A stretch of DNA of 64,000 nt from Lama guanicoe (GCA_013239625.1 MU054391.1:5413824-5477823); one strand, 5' to 3'. Positions 38,601 to 52,641 are shown, counted from the first letter of the stretch. Notes: generated by a model from the letters alone, not told the origin. A program made the numbers and translations.

Positions 38601-39884
38601 CTGCCGTGGCTCCTGCCCTCAGGCCTGCCAGGCCCCACATTCTCTCCTCACGACCCTGCAGCCTCCTTCTGCAAATGCTTTTTTTGCTTTTGTTTATGGT
38701 TCCAAAGGGTTCTCTGCAGGCGGAAATATTCACTGGAACTTGATGAAACTGAGAGGCAGCACATCTCTGCATTGACGGGTGTCACGCACGGATGTGGTGG
38801 CTCCCTGGACCCGCTGTCCCTCGTAAACCAGCCAGGCCCAAGCAGAAGGGAAGCAGCTTTCCGATTCCGGGGAATTCTCCTCGCCCCCTCCCCTTTGCCT
38901 GCAGACCAGGAGGCTCGCAGGGCGTGCGCTGTGGCGTGTTCTGTCATGCACTTGAGATCACATTGCACTGCAAGAGGGGGCATTAGAGCATGCCTGGCCC
39001 TAAATAGGGGCCTTAACACTGAGCCTCAGTCTGGCCCTGACACCAGGTGCCCCACCAGGTGCCCACGAAATCCTGGGGGTGTTGGCTCCGTGGTACGCTG
39101 CGTCACCCATGTGGTGTGCCACCCTGACCGTCCGCCCCGTCTCCGGGGAAGCTGCAGTGAGGCAACCTGGGCTTGTGCCACACGACATTGCCTGGAGGCT
39201 GCGGGGCCGAGACAGGACCAAGGCAGAGCTGGTTAGAGCTTGGTGCTTTGGGCCTCCAGAAGCTCTGTTCACTTACCACGGACAGGGTAAAATTAGGAAG
39301 GCTCCTCGCCCAGCTGTTAGGCTGTCCTGCGAGTTTCCCCCGTCCTCGGTCTCCCTCACTATCCCCTCGCTGCTTCTTGTTACTTCCCACCAGGAAGTTC
39401 GGCCTTCTCTGACCCAGATCCCTTTGGCTGTTCCTTCAGCCAGCTCCCCTGGAGAGAAGAGGCAGTTGGGGTGCAGCCTTACCTCCCAGGACATCCCCAC
39501 ATAATCCCCACTCACCCTTTGTCCACTGACTCATTGAGAGTAGAAGCGTCAGAAGTGTCACTGCCCCCAGGGGATCATTTTCAACGTGGAAATGAAAATG
39601 TCTGTTCTCTGCGGAGTACTGGGCTGCGTGCTCCCTTTCGGTTTCTTTGTTTCGTTCGGCATTGAGTCTGATCTCTGATGGTGCTCCTGGCCGCTCCAGA
39701 TCCGTGCATCTATGCAGGAGAGCGCCAGGTGCCCCACGCAGGGCAGCCTCAGACAGACGTGACGTTTATGTCTCAGTACCTGCTGCATGAAGCATGTGCC
39801 CGTCCTCAGTGAGCGTTAACGAAAACGTGTTCATTTCTGACAAGCGGAGAGTTGCTCGGCTCGTGGGGACCTTATATTGGAACA

Positions 39885-40095
39885 GGTACATTCTTAGTGC
39901 GTTAGTTTGGTGAACGTTTTCACCTGAGTTACCCCATTTTCCCATTGTTACAACCTGGCAAGGTAGGTATCATCCCCATTTTACTATTAACAAGTCGAAG
40001 CTCAGGTAAACTGACTTGCTTGGGGTCACAGAGCCGGCAAATAAAACCATGATTTGAACCCACATTTTGATTTCCTGGCCCAGCACCCTCTTCAC
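39885..40095 (-). mobile_element. MIR SINE
   Basis: aggtaggtatcatccccatttt...tgacttgcttggggtcacagagc...gatttgaaccc. Confidence 0.75.
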
Positions 40096-40472
40096 TGGGT
40101 GAGCCCCCCTTTCGCAGGTGTAGGTAAAGGGTGTTAGATCTCTGAGTTTCAGCTGGATCTCAGGGGTTCTGAGGGCGAGTTGCGGGGAGAGGGTGGAAAC
40201 TTGAATTGGGCCAAGTTTCTGCTCCGCCCTGCAGGTCCTCGTGCAGGGAATGCTTTATAAGAACACTCCCCTGTAACAGGCACACTGCCGCTTCTCTGGT
40301 TTTATGGGTACCTTTGGGGTTTGGGTTTTGTCCAACTTCATTAAAGGCAAACCACTTTATTGCTCTATTTCTTAGTGGCCATTAAATAAATCATCAGATG
40401 TGCAAGTGCTGTGTAGCAGTGGAAGGTATTATTAATAATTGAGCACCCTGAAATGGACTTTTGTTTCCACAG

Positions 40473-40567
40473 CTTGCCAAGAATATTGGGAACGCAGGCT
40501 TTAATGAGATTATGGAGGGCTGCCTTCCAGCCGAGGACTCGGTCAAACCCAACCCGGGCAGCGACAT
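40473..40567 (+). CDS. ASAP2: ASAP2 exon ~16 (95 nt), ArfGAP: LAKNIGNAGFNEIMEGCLPAEDSVKPNPGSD(M)
   Basis: ttccacag|CTT...GACAT|gtaagt. Confidence 0.96.
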
Positions 40568-43500
40568 GTAAGTACGGGCTGGCTGTGCTGGCTTACTGAC
40601 CAAAGGTTGGCCTGGTACCTGGGCCCCCACAGGCAGGGGAATAGCAGGTGTGGGTGCATCTGTTGTTGCTCCTTTAGGGAGGAAATCAGCCTGAGGTGTT
40701 TTTTCTTAAGTCACTTGAACCTTTTTATGTGTCCAAAGTGAAATTTGGTGTGGCGGTTTTCCTTAGAAGTCGCAGGAAAGCAGGTTGGCAGATCTTGTGA
40801 GCGTCGCCCTCTGCTGGTGGTGTGTGGGTGCACCCTTGCCTTTCCGCCTTGGGGAGGGTCGTCACTCACTCTCCCTGCCTGCCCCCACCCCCGCCTCTGA
40901 GAGGTTAGTTCTCACAGACACAGGATTATGTCTCCTTGTCTTTCCCAATGCCCTTGCAAATGTGTGGTGTTTCCTTCGAAGAAAATTTCTGTTTTTGCTT
41001 TAGTGTTGACACAAAACGTGATTAAGAAGCTTTGGTGCCTCATTGTGCATCTAGCCGGCCCTGGAGGCAGCGCTGACAAGAGGGGAATTTTCTGCCTGTC
41101 TTATCACACAAAGCATAAATCACCCCAAGCACCCTGGTCCTTGAGAGAGGCGGATGGGAGACCAGCTGGTCAGGGCAGTGGCTGGCCTGCCCCCTAGAGA
41201 CCCCAGCCCTGTTCAGGGTGGGTGGCCTGTCTCTGCATGAGGGCTAGGGTGGTAGGATGATGTCACGGGGACAGCCTTTCCCTTGAAATGGCCTGAGATT
41301 GAGCTGCTGGCACAGCTTTTTCTGGACAGGGCGCAGCGGCTTGGAGAGTGTTACAAACGTGTAGGTCCAGCCTTTTGCAAAAGCAGAGAATGCAGATCTC
41401 TGTAACCATTGTGTGGGAGCATGCTTGGAAGATGAAGTTGCAGGATCTTGTTCTTGCACGCTGGGGTGAGGTGACTTAATACGGTAAGGGCGCTCCGACA
41501 AACTAATGGAAGAAACGAGTCCCTGTCCATTACACACCCTCACAGGTGTCAGCGTCCGCGGCGAGGACTGGCTGGTATTGCATTAGAGTCAATTCATGTT
41601 TGAGTCCTGGAGCAGAGGTCCAGGTGTGGTGTTTCCTTGAGACTGGATGAGGCGTGGATGCCAGGTACAGGGCTTACAGTTACCATCCTCTTCTGATGAA
41701 GACCTAAGTTCCAAACGTGTGTCCTAACCCATACCTGGAGAGGCATTACAGGGCACAGAAAGTCGCAGCCTTACCCGATCGTGGGGGCTGGGCAGGCTCG
41801 TCAACTTCCCCGAGCCCTTTTCCTCTAATAGAAACAGAAGTACAGCCGCCCCGCCTCAGAGTTGCTGGGATGCACGTCAGGGGGTGAGGAGGTCCGCATC
41901 CCGTATTTGGTTGGCGGTAGCAGCCCTGCTTCCTTACCATGGGCGACGGGGCAGCACGCACGCCCTGCGCTGATTCCACACACCATGGGAAATTAGGGTC
42001 CTCCCAAGTCAGACTTCAGCTGGAGAGTTACCCGGGGGTGAGCTGACTCATGAGAAGGTCTGTTTAGGGTGGGAAACATCATGGTCCACTGTGATACTTA
42101 CTGTCTGACGGACACCTGCTCTCCCAGTGAGGGGGCGGGTCTCCCGAAATGCTCTAATATTGATCAGCTTTGTAGTTGATGATAACACATTTCTTCCAAG
42201 TACCAGGGATACTTTGTAAAAGCAGAGAATTGGTTTATTCTGGGGCTAGATGATTCTAAAAAATGAATACTGTCTGCTTGGGGCTCTTCAATACAAATGT
42301 TCCATCTGCATTGAGGCCCCCCCCCAACCTTGGCACAAACGAAAAGAATGTTTACTCCTCTCCTTTTTTTTCCAAATGAGGGCAGATGGCCAGTGTGAAG
42401 GCAGCGTGCCCCCTGCCTTGATACCTCCTCGGGTGAAATTAGTCACTGGGCTCCTCTGCTCCTGTAGCATTTAGCTCTATTTTAAAACATTTCTTCCCAT
42501 TTTATATTACACCTAGGTATTTACATATGTTTTTCTAATGAATTGTAGCGTACTGGTTTTTTTGTATTTCCCACCATAATGTGTTATTTGTGGTGGGAAA
42601 TACGTATGTAATGAATCAACAAGTCCAAGGTGAAGTCAGCTCTGTGGCTGAATAAGCTACTGTTTTACTTCCAGATTAAAAGGCGGATACTGCTCTGGCT
42701 TTATCTCAGAACAGCACACCATCTGCAGATGAATCTGTTGAAAGGGAAGCCAGAGACCGTCTGGTGGCCTGTGAATCCCCAGATGGGTTTGGGGGTTGCT
42801 GAGAGATATAAATAGGCAGGAAGCAGGGAGCAGCCAGATTTGCGTCTGCTTACAGAGGTCGGAACTGTTCTTCTGGGATTCAGGGCCCTCAAGCATGCCC
42901 TGTCCTTTGCAAGTATAAGGTGCCCCTCTTTCTGAACACACGCCAAATGCATCGTACGTTCAGTTCATCGCTTTTCTCCAAAAGCCTTAGTCTTTCCCAA
43001 AAACGGCGGGCAAAAGGGAAGTCGCACTGGCAGAGTGAACTTCCACGGGGTGTGGTGTTGCCTAAAGCAGATCTGGACGTGTGCTTGTGTAGGGATGGCC
43101 TTCAGGGCACAGGGCCCCAGAGCCCTGGGCAAGCGATGCTACACTAAAAAATAAGTGAAGGGTCCAGTTTCTCTCTTGCTCCTTCCTGGGGAGTTCACCC
43201 TGTGACCGCCCCACAGCAAATACTGAAACGGCCTAAACCCTGCTGCCCGTCATGAGAGCCCCGTACAGTTTCATTAGGCAGCCTGTCAGTTACCAAGCCT
43301 GAGAGTCCCCAGGAGCAGCCTGCGCTCCACGCTGTCTCCGGAGCCCCGCGAGGAGAGCTCAGCCCAGCAAAGCAGGGCTACCCTCGGAGCTGGCCAGCTG
43401 CCGGAGGGGACGGTTGAATGTCGACAGCACTGTTGTGAGAATCAGATGAGGTGGCACATCTCCACTTGCCCACAAGCCCACAGGAACTGTCTGTGCGTGC

Positions 43501-44254
43501 AGAGCCGGGGAAAGTCCATCTGCACAGTTGACGCGGGTCTGAGTTTTATAAACACCCAGGCGGTAGATCTGTTAGGCGAGGTAGGCAGTAGTGGTGTTTG
43601 CCACCCCTGGGGGCGTGGGCTTGACCTGCGCGCCCCGAACCCCGGTGGCTGCAGCCCGCGTGAGTGGACGTGGGGGCTTGGGTGGTAGGAGCAGGTGCGA
43701 TGGGTGCAGCTCTGGCAGCCGCAGGGGGGCGGTGAGGTAGTGAGTGGTGCCTCAGCCGAGAAGAGTTGGCCGGGTCCCCTCCACCTGGGCCACCTCCTGC
43801 CCCTCTTCTTTCCGTGCTGCTGCGATAATCACAGCTGGTGTTTCCAAAACCCTGGGCTAAATGCTTAAATACATCATCTCGTGTAGTCCTGCAAAGCGCT
43901 GCAAGCAGGTGTCCTCACGACAAGAGGTGCAGTAGCTGGACTGAAGTCACCCAGCGGGGGAGCGAGGAGCTGGGGTGAGACCTGGCCATGTGACTGAGAG
44001 CCAGGCCTGAGGACCGCGCTCTGAGCTGACCACCAGCCTAGGGGGTGGTGGTGGGGAATTCAAGCCCCTTCTTTGAGTTCAGCCTCCCTTTTCTGACCTT
44101 GTGAAGTTTCAGAGCACTTTGCACTTTCTGGAAGAAGGGGACGGGAGAACTCTGGGATCCATCCTGTCATGTCATTCTCTCTACATCTCTGGTAGAGCCA
44201 TCAGCTCAAATTAAGTTTTTGTGTTTGGAATCTGGTTTTCCCTGACTTTCTTTT

Positions 44255-44730
44255 CTTAACAACTTTTTTGAAATACAATTCACTTACTATCCAATCCACC
44301 CAATAAAGATACAGCTCACTGGCTTTTACTGTATTCCCAGCTGTGCACCCGTCACCATAGTCAAGTTTAGGACATTTTCATCACCGCAAGATGAAACCCT
44401 GTACCCGTTAACCACCCCCCAGCTCCGTCCCCTCGCTCCCCCAGCCCTGGGCAGCTGCTCGTCTGCGTTGTCTCTCCAGACATGCCTGCTCTGGGCATTT
44501 CACATAAATGCAAGCACACGTGTGCTCCTTAGTGTTTGGCTGCTTCCGTTCAGCAGAACGTTTTCAAGGTCCATCCACGCTGCAGGCGGTGTCAACGCTC
44601 CATTCCTTTTGTGGCTGAACGCATTCCATTGTACGGACACCACATTGGGTTTATCTGCTGATCGGCTGGTGGGTACTGGGTTTTGGGGGGGTTTTGTTTG
44701 TTTTTGAGTTGAGTTGTAGGCAGTTTAGTT
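44255..44730 (-). mobile_element. L1MB-like 3' end
   Basis: aacttttttgaaatacaattcac...gtgcacccgtcacca...acattttcatcacc...gttttcaaggtccatccac. Confidence 0.85.
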
Positions 44731-45805
44731 CCTGGTGTTTGCTGGGTTGTTCTTTGAAACTCATGCCTTGTCATAAGCAGCGTTTACTGCCCCTCAGAAG
44801 TCGTGTTGATTTTTTATTGTTGTTGCTGCTGTTTGTTAAATTTCCGTGGAATAAAAGGCAGAGTCCTCCAGGCCAGGAGCTGCTCTTCTCCTTGCTCCCC
44901 GTCTTCCAAGTTCATCAGTACTTTCCCAGGTCCTAAGGACCTGCTGTGAGCTCAGAAAACATGTCAGCTCTTGGGCTTCTCACAGTCCCTGAGGGTGTAG
45001 GTGCATATTTGCACAGATAAGAAGACTTGAGGCCTGAAGAGACTGCATCCTCGCCCAGGGTCGCTCGTCACTCTGCGGCGGGGGTGGGATTCGAGCCCGG
45101 GCTGCTTTGGGTCCCTTGGAATGGCTGCCACTTCAAGCTCCTTGGAGAGGTGGGGTCTGCAAACGCAATGCCGTGTGAAGGCCAGGAAATAGACCACAAA
45201 GACAGGCAGACAGCTCGTTTGGTTCATGGGCCTGTGGTGAGCCTGCCTGCCAGGCACGGTGCCCACAAACAAGAGGACAGTCTTCCTCTCAAAACCGAGG
45301 ACAAAATTTGTTTTCATCTCTCTGCCTTCCTTGGTACCAGCTTCATCCTGTGTCTGGCTTCTTTGTAGTCAGGAATAACTACTGTCCTTGAGGCCATGGA
45401 GAGAGAGAAATAATTTACCATACAGAGGGAGAATCTCTTCTTAGCAGTCATAGCCAAAGTCTTGATTTTCTTTCTGGTTGGACTGGCTGGTCACATGCCC
45501 TGTCCTGAATCAGCCAGAGGTTTCTAGCCCCTCGACCTGGCCACTTGGCCTTACACCTGGGCCCTGATGCCACTTGTCTTGGCACCTGAGGGTTTCCAGC
45601 CTCTTGAAAGGACAGGAGGTGGCAGAGTGACTACAGGTGCTGCGGGGGAGCCATGGGGCGCCTGCTTCCCGCTTTCCTGCTGGTGCTTCTTATTACAAGG
45701 AGAGCAGGGCAGGATTTTTTTTTAAGTAGTTATAGCTGAATAGATATTCTGAGTATGCTTGAATAGAGGCCCTTAATTATTCACAAGGCAACTGTGTGAT
45801 TTCAG

Positions 45806-45995
45806 GAACGCAAGAAAGGACTACATCACTGCCAAGTACATTGAGAGGAAATACGCAAGGAAAAAACACGCGGATAACGCAGCAAAGCTTCACAGCCTTT
45901 GTGAGGCCGTCAAAACAAGGGATATTTTTGGATTACTCCAAGCATACGCTGATGGTGTGGATCTCACAGAAAAAATCCCACTGGCCAACGGACAT
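45806..45995 (+). CDS. ASAP2: ASAP2 exon ~17 (190 nt): NARKDYITAKYIERKYARKKHADNAAKLHSLCEAVKTRDIFGLLQAYADGVDLTEKIPLANGH
   Basis: atttcag|G...CAT|gtaaga; phase 2 to 0. Confidence 0.96.
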
Positions 45996-47235
45996 GTAAG
46001 AAGAGACGTGAAAAAGTGAAAGAAAGGGGTTGGGCTTGGAGAGGCAAGGCAGTGTTACCGGAAGTGCTGAGTAGTGTCATTTCCCTGACAGATGGCAGTG
46101 AGCTCTGGGGAAGAAATTAGGGCTGATTCTTAGACCAAAAAATGGGTGGCAGCTCTGGGAAGAAGCCATCCATGGGGGAAGGAGCGTCTTCTCAGAGGCC
46201 CACGCCCTGGAGAGAAGCCCTGTCTGCCGAGGGCAGCACGAGCACCTCCCGGGCCCATGGGGAGCTGGCAGCCAAGTCTCAGCTGCAGCTCCCGAGGCCA
46301 CGCCGGGAAGGAGATTCAAACTGGGCCTGGTGCACAGCTGCCCCCCTTGCCCTCATCCCTGGGGGAGCTTTGCCGAGAAGGTGGGCTCTCACAGGCAGGG
46401 CCAGTCCACAGGAAATCCCTGGTGTCATGGCCCATGCGTGTCCTCATTCTCTTCCCCGGGTGCGCTCGTGGACACACATAGGGCTGGGGTCACCCTTAGC
46501 AGCTGAGCATGCTGTGTGGAGCCTCAGCGTTCAGTGATGGAGACTAAGTCGAGGAACCCCAGCCGTGGCGCCCAGGGCCAAGCATGCTCCACTCCAAGCG
46601 GTACTGTGGGGGGACGAGGGCTGGCCCGGGCCGGCGAGCAGGCAGGGCAGGTCCGGGCGGAGGGCCTCTCTCTGCCCCGTGCCCCCTGCTCTGTGGGTCT
46701 TTCCTCGGCCTCCATCTCTCTCACCCACCCACCCGAAACAGCCCTTGTTTTGTCTCCTCTCCCCCGCCTGCCAAAACTTAGTTTCAGAAAAGGCAGTGGC
46801 GGTCCTCTCCTCCTTTGTGTGAGTTGCAGACAGGCCAGGTGTTAGCACTGATACTTGGATACTGTAAAATACAGAATGAGAAGCTTTAACCTTGTAGTAA
46901 AAATGTACACTTTTATTTATCCAGGGAGCAGGTAAGAGGCCCGGGGAACCTTCCTGGAGTCTGAACGGAGACCACTGCGTACAGGCAGCACCTCTTGTTG
47001 CTGATTCAGGGACAGAAAGAGTGGGGGAACTTTGCAACGAACTTTGCAGATTCCTAAGGGCAGAGTTTGCCATGTTGATTAAAGGGGGCCCTGGGTATCT
47101 TAGAGATATGTTTTTTGAAGGAAAGACTTAAGAGACTTTTGGAAGGAGACTTTGCAAATACACGATTTCACTCATGTTGGACACAAAACTGAGTGCTCCC
47201 CTTGGAATTCTGGAATGTTTCTGTTTGGTCTTCAG

Positions 47236-47321
47236 GAGCCGGATGAAACTGCCCTCCATCTTGCCGTCAGATCCGTGGACCGGACTTCTCTTCACATTGT
47301 GGACTTCTTAGTTCAGAACAG
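47236..47321 (+). CDS. ASAP2: ASAP2 exon ~18 (86 nt), ankyrin: EPDETALHLAVRSVDRTSLHIVDFLVQN(S)
   Basis: gtcttcag|GAG...AACAG|gtaggt. Confidence 0.96.
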
Positions 47322-48853
47322 GTAGGTGTGCTGAAATTAGGGGAGGTATTTGATTTTGTCCCCTTAGTGTTCCTGAGGAGGGAACCAGGGGCTGCCTCAC
47401 TGCTTCCGTCTTGCGGCCAAGGTGCCGGAATTGCCCCAGGTTGGATATGAATTACGGGACAAGAAAAGCGCTGCTAGGTGTGGGGTGTTCAGTGCAGTCC
47501 TGAGGAAGTCCTGGGGTCTGAGGAGGGAGACCCGTCCTGGGATCTGCGGTATCCGGCTTCTAGTGTCTTGGACTCAGTGAGATGCCACGTCGATAGGTCT
47601 GCTAAATTCTCAGCCCCTAGAAAGTGGCTACTGTCTGTGGCCCCCACAACTACCCTGTGCACAGCCCTGGGCTTGTCCTGTGAGGTGGGTGTCCCACGGG
47701 ATCCGGGCAGGGCCCCCGGAGCAGAGGGAGGGGAGGGAGGGAAGCAAAGATCTGAGCTGTAGCTGCTGGCGGGACCGAGACCGTAAATCACAACACTGGG
47801 CTGTGGGCGTTTTGCTTGGTTGGAGAAGCTGTAATTTTAATTAGAAGTTGGCTTTAGAGAAGACATGCGGGGGCAGTGTCCCCTGGCCCCAGTAGTCCCA
47901 TTTGGTACGTTTGGCCTCACTTGGGTATGGTGCCTGCCTGGTGCAGAAGGCCAGTCACGAAGACCCATTGAGGTGTATCTTGGCGCCCTGATTAGGTTTG
48001 GGGGGGCGCAGCTGGAGTGGGGAGGTACTGGTTAAAAGCCATGGAGATTGCTCCAGACGGAAGATTCCAACATGCAAAACAAGGGGGTCTTTTGCACTTG
48101 GTGTCTTCTGCCTTTCCCTCCCGTTCCTGGGGGGAGGTGTGAAGATGTGGCCAGAGGGAGAGGAGCTCGGGAGGCAGTCAGCTCCTTAGGAGCCGAGAGT
48201 TCACTGGACATCTGAGGGCAGCTGCTCAGACCACCCTGTCCCCTGGTGGAGCCTGAGTGCCTGCCCAGTGCCTGGAGCGTGGCAGGGGCTCAGCGCCCCT
48301 GAGTGGTGCTGTCCCCCTCTGTGCAAGTTCTCAGACAGGAGAAGGGACATCCTGGTTTCTTTTCTAACAGATGGAAGCAAGAGTAGAGGAGAAATCAGAA
48401 AGGAGGCTCCTTTTTACACTGAAAAGTTAGTTGCTTTAAAAAAAAAAAGGAAGCATAGCTGGTTTCCTCCTTATGAGAGCAATGCGTGTCACCTGATGGT
48501 CACTCTGGTGTCCCCTCATGCTGTCCATCCCCAGAATGTGACGGAGGCCGCAGTCCCAGGGCTGCCTCCACCAGTGGCTTGAGTGGCTTGTCTCGGGATC
48601 ACCTGGTCTTGTTCTGTGTTGGAAGAACCTTTGTCTCCTCGTGGTTCCCTCTCAGCCTGTTTTCAGGGCGGTCCAGGGCAAGCCAGCTCAGAGGAGCCCG
48701 GGGACTCTGAACTTTCAACTTTGAACCCTCCCCTCCCCTCCGTGACTCTGATCACTTGCTGCCTGTCCTTCTCACGTGCCCAGTGCCCTGCCTGGGCATC
48801 CCTAGTCCTCTGGCCTGTGGCTCACTGTTCCTCTCTCTCTGTGTCTGCGCTAG

Positions 48854-48969
48854 TGGGAACCTGGACAAGCAGACAGGGAAGGGCAGCACGGCCCTGCACT
48901 ACTGCTGCCTCACCGACAGCGCCGAGTGCCTCAAGCTGCTGCTGCGGGGGAAGGCCTCCATCGGGATCG
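48854..48969 (+). CDS. ASAP2: ASAP2 exon ~19 (116 nt), ankyrin: GNLDKQTGKGSTALHYCCLTDSAECLKLLLRGKASIGI
   Basis: gcgctag|T...ATCG|gtgagc; visible inside ORF 48756..49178. Confidence 0.96.
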
Positions 48970-49965
48970 GTGAGCCGCCCGCTCCTCCTCCTGCTGGTCC
49001 CAAGCTGCTGGTGGGAAGGGCCCAGGCCCCGGGCTCCGTGCAGAGCCAGGCAGTCAGTCCTGCCCAGCAAGGAGAGGGGCCTGTTCTGCAAGGCTGCTGC
49101 GGTCTCATCTATCCGCGGTCTCCTCTGCTATTCCGCAGACTTGCCGTCACGTGCAGGCAGGCATTCTCTGGGTTCTGAGAGGCAGCCGTCGCAGGTGCCC
49201 AGGTGGATCAGGTGTGGGCATCTCGCCCTCCTGTTCATGCTACCACCTGGGATCAGACTTAACCCCTCACTGGCTCTGGGTTGACATGTTTACCGGTGGG
49301 AGACACTGTTCACTGCCCCTCCTTTCACTGGCCCCGAGCCTCCTCCACGAGGAACCCTCGGTCTGCTCAGCCTTTATCCTCCCTCCCCGGCGGCTCTCAG
49401 ACACACAGCCACTGGGCGCAGTCTAGACCACGGGCCTGGAGGAAGAGTTTTGGCAGAACTATTAAAAAGAGACCAAAGAGCATGGAAAGAAGGCAGATGC
49501 CTGCTTCAGAGCCAGGTTGTTCTGTGTTTCGTTAATGAGTCATCAAACCTCATTGACTGAGGCTTACTCAGAAGAAAACACTCTTAGCGGGAGCTGCAAA
49601 GTCTTCTGCAGTCAGATGCCCGGAACTAGATTATAGCGCTTTTGGTTAGAGAATTATCATGAGCTGCTTCATTCCACGACTTACACTTTAGATATTTATT
49701 TACATTAGTTGGCTTCTTGACTGGCTTTATTTTCGTGATTGACTCAAGCTTTATCTGTTAAAATCTTACTGGTTAGACGCTGCTGCCTGCTGTTCTGGAC
49801 GGTTACAGGGCAGTTCGGCACCGACTGGGGCAAACGAAGGGGATTTCATTAGTCGTGTTCAGTGTAATTTAGAGCTGCTCTGCTCTGTCTTTTTAAATTG
49901 CCTCTTGATATCAGACCTTTGCTTGTTTTTGCCATAACATGTCCTTTGGCCACCCCACCTCTCAG

Positions 49966-50033
49966 CTAACGAGTCAGGAGAGACCCCACTGGACATCGCC
50001 AAGCGCCTCAGGCACGAGCACTGTGAGGAGCTG
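49966..50033 (+). CDS. ASAP2: ASAP2 exon ~20 (68 nt): (A)NESGETPLDIAKRLRHEHCEEL
   Basis: cctctcag|CT...CTG|gtgagt. Confidence 0.96.
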
Positions 50034-50309
50034 GTGAGTCCCTGGCGTGGACAGCCGATCGGTGGGGGCGGGGAGGCCCTGGGGCGCCCTTCGAGCCCCG
50101 AGGTAGCGTCCTGAGCACATCCTGGTGTCCAAGGGGATGGCTTGCTGAAAGCATCCTGGGGAGTCTTTAGAGAGGTGGCTACCCGCCTGGTAGCGACACC
50201 TGGACCCTGAGTCAGTAGTTGCTGCTGGGACACGTGGACGTGGCCCTGATGCTGGCTGGGTGGGTGGAGCAGAGGCCCGCCCGCGTCCGGCAGACCTGGG
50301 TGTGCCGTA

Positions 50310-50660
50310 GGGCTCCGCCCTGTGACTTGGGAAAGTCACGCCAACTCTCTCTGCTGTTGCCTTATTTGTGAAGTGGAGTCAGCGGTGCCAGTCTGCCAGG
50401 TTGCTGCGGGGGTTGTTGTTGAACTCGGTAAAGCAGGGGGCACATGGTACGTGCTCAGCGCACAGAACCACCAATAGGCGATGCTGTGGAGCTGCAGGAT
50501 GAGTAACCGGTGTTACCCTATCACTGTATGTCCATTAACTCATCTAATCCTGAAAATCACCTTAGGACGTTAATTAGGAGGTGCCTACTCTTACCCCGTT
50601 TTACAAATGAGGAGACAGCTACAGAAGTGCTAAGTAACTTGCCCAAGACTACACAGCGAC
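50310..50660. mobile_element. Two adjacent MIRs in opposite orientation (+ ~50310-50480; - ~50510-50660)
   Basis: tgtgacttgggaaagtcac...ttatttgtgaagtgg, then ccgttttacaaatgaggagac...aagtaacttgcccaagactacacagc. Confidence 0.65.
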
Positions 50661-51113
50661 CATCTGGCTCTGGAGAAAATTAACCCCTAGTGTGCCAAGA
50701 CACACATTTATCTAATGGACTAACTTCTCTCCTCTGCGTCTCGAGTGGAGCCAGCTGTCTGCCTTCCTGGAGAAAACAGTCATTCACATCACGTTCCTCA
50801 GGGCTTCATTCTCTCGTGCTGGTCAGGAAAGGCGGGGTTATTGCAAGCTTTAGAGCGCAAGCACCCCTGGCCTGCGGGCTGCAGCTTCCCTGCTTACAAG
50901 GCACTAGATGCGAGCTGCTGGGTTTGAGTCTCACGGTTATCTGTGGACTAAGGTAGGTGCTTAACCTGACATGCAGCGAATTAAATAAGCCGACCTTGGA
51001 CGGGGGCACAGGTTCTCTATCCGCCCAGCTGCCTCTTGGCCATCTTGGTGGACGTCCGCTTTGCAAGGCCCAGGATACGAGCAGCATCATTGACAGCCTT
51101 TTGTCGTCCTCAG

Positions 51114-51227
51114 CTGACCCAGGCCTTATCTGGAAGGTTTAATTCCCACGTTCACGTCGAGTATGAGTGGCGGCTGCTCCACGAAGACCTGGATGAAAGC
51201 GATGATGACGTGGATGAGAAGCTGCAG
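51114..51227 (+). CDS. ASAP2: ASAP2 exon ~21 (114 nt): LTQALSGRFNSHVHVEYEWRLLHEDLDESDDDVDEKLQ
   Basis: gtcctcag|CTG...CAG|gtgggt. Confidence 0.96.
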
Positions 51228-52212
51228 GTGGGTCCAGCTTGTGGCCAAGAAGAGTTTTATGATCGGTGTCCTGCAGAGCAGTGTGGGCCTGAGCCTATCA
51301 TTAGGGCAGAAAGCTGTTTTGTAGTAAAGGAAATACAATTTACTTTCTGCTTCCACTGATCGCAGTAGGGTTTTGGTTTTACCCAGCGCACAACTGCCTC
51401 CTGGCTTCCAGCCCTGCAGACAGTACTTTAAAGGAGCATTAATTATGTAACCGTAGGCAGCTGCTCACCTTCTGATGTGAAGGAAAGATACAGGAGGGCC
51501 ATTACTCCAGTGGATTTTAGAGGAAGCGCTCTCACTGTGGATGATCTGATAAAGAGCCAGGTTCCGCCGGGATATCACGTTCACCTAGTTGATCTTTAAA
51601 ACCTTCACTGAAATCACTGAATGACCCTTAGAGCTCACTAGGTCCAACTCGTTCCTTTATCAGATAGGGTCATTCAGGCCTCAAGAGAGGAGTTGGCGTG
51701 GCCACAGCGAAGCCAGTATTTGGAGACCAACCTGGATCTCTTCCCTCCTCGTCCAGCCTCTTCTCGCGATGCTCTGTCTCGTGCACTTGTGGGTGCGCCT
51801 GGAAGGTTGCTGCCTTCACCCAAGTCGCAGAGCTTAGAGTCAGACTTGGGCAGACTGACCCCAGAGCCCACACACCTGGCAACTCGCAGCTGTCGGATTA
51901 GTGGGAATGCCGTGTAGCGTTTGTATTTTCACTTTAGGACGTTAATGTCCTGATGTGCATGGAGGATGTCTGATTCTTTATATATGGCATTTCTGAAACC
52001 TATTGGACCATCCTGCTTTATGGAGCAGTTAACATCCATACTTAATATTTCTTAGAATAAGAAATTTTTTCACAGAGTTAGCTATAAAATGGCATCAAAG
52101 TGAGCAGAGCTAATTTTGTATTTAGACCCGCCTTTAAAAAAGGAGACGGTTTGAAATACCTCTGAAACATTTGCCGCCAGAAGAGTGCCTCTTCATTAAG
52201 CACACACCACAC

Positions 52213-52253
52213 TCCTGTGTCTGGGGGCAGTGGTCCTGTGTCTGGGGGCAGTG
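52213..52253. repeat. 21-bp tandem duplication (tcctgtgtctgggggcagtgg)x2
   Basis: Read directly. Confidence 0.9.
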
Positions 52254-52489
52254 AGAGCCCAGCAGGGAGTGCAGACTCATCCCCCACCTCCAGTAGGGAG
52301 CAGAGGTGCGGTCAGTTCACACCGCCATGGGCTTTGTTGGAGTTTGAACTGCGTCCGAGGCACCACTAGCCATTGTGCTCTGCACTGGGCTGGCGGGAGC
52401 CTTGACGGTTGGGTGGTCCCATGAGGGGAGGAGGGTGTGACAGCTGATACTGCTACCTGCTCCACTCTGGGCTCTGTGCTGGCAGTTAA

Positions 52490-52620
52490 AGCTATACCCA
52501 TTTAACAGATGAGAAGTCAGATCAGCAAAGTTAAGTAATTTGCTCAAGATCACAGCTGTTACAATGAAGCTGACATTTGAAATAGAGTTCAGTCTAATTC
52601 ACCCACGTCATGACTCCATA
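52490..52620 (-). mobile_element. MIR SINE
   Basis: cccatttaacagatgagaag...ttaagtaatttgctcaagatcacagctg. Confidence 0.7.
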
Positions 52621-52641
52621 CACGTGACCTTCCAGTGGAGC

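Noticed and set aside
43717-43734. Second CTCF-like motif gccgcaggggggcggtg
   Set aside because: Mismatches in the core and a GC-rich background make chance likely.
50310-50660. Inverted MIR pair as a dsRNA or editing substrate
   Set aside because: The copies are too diverged for me to see extended pairing.
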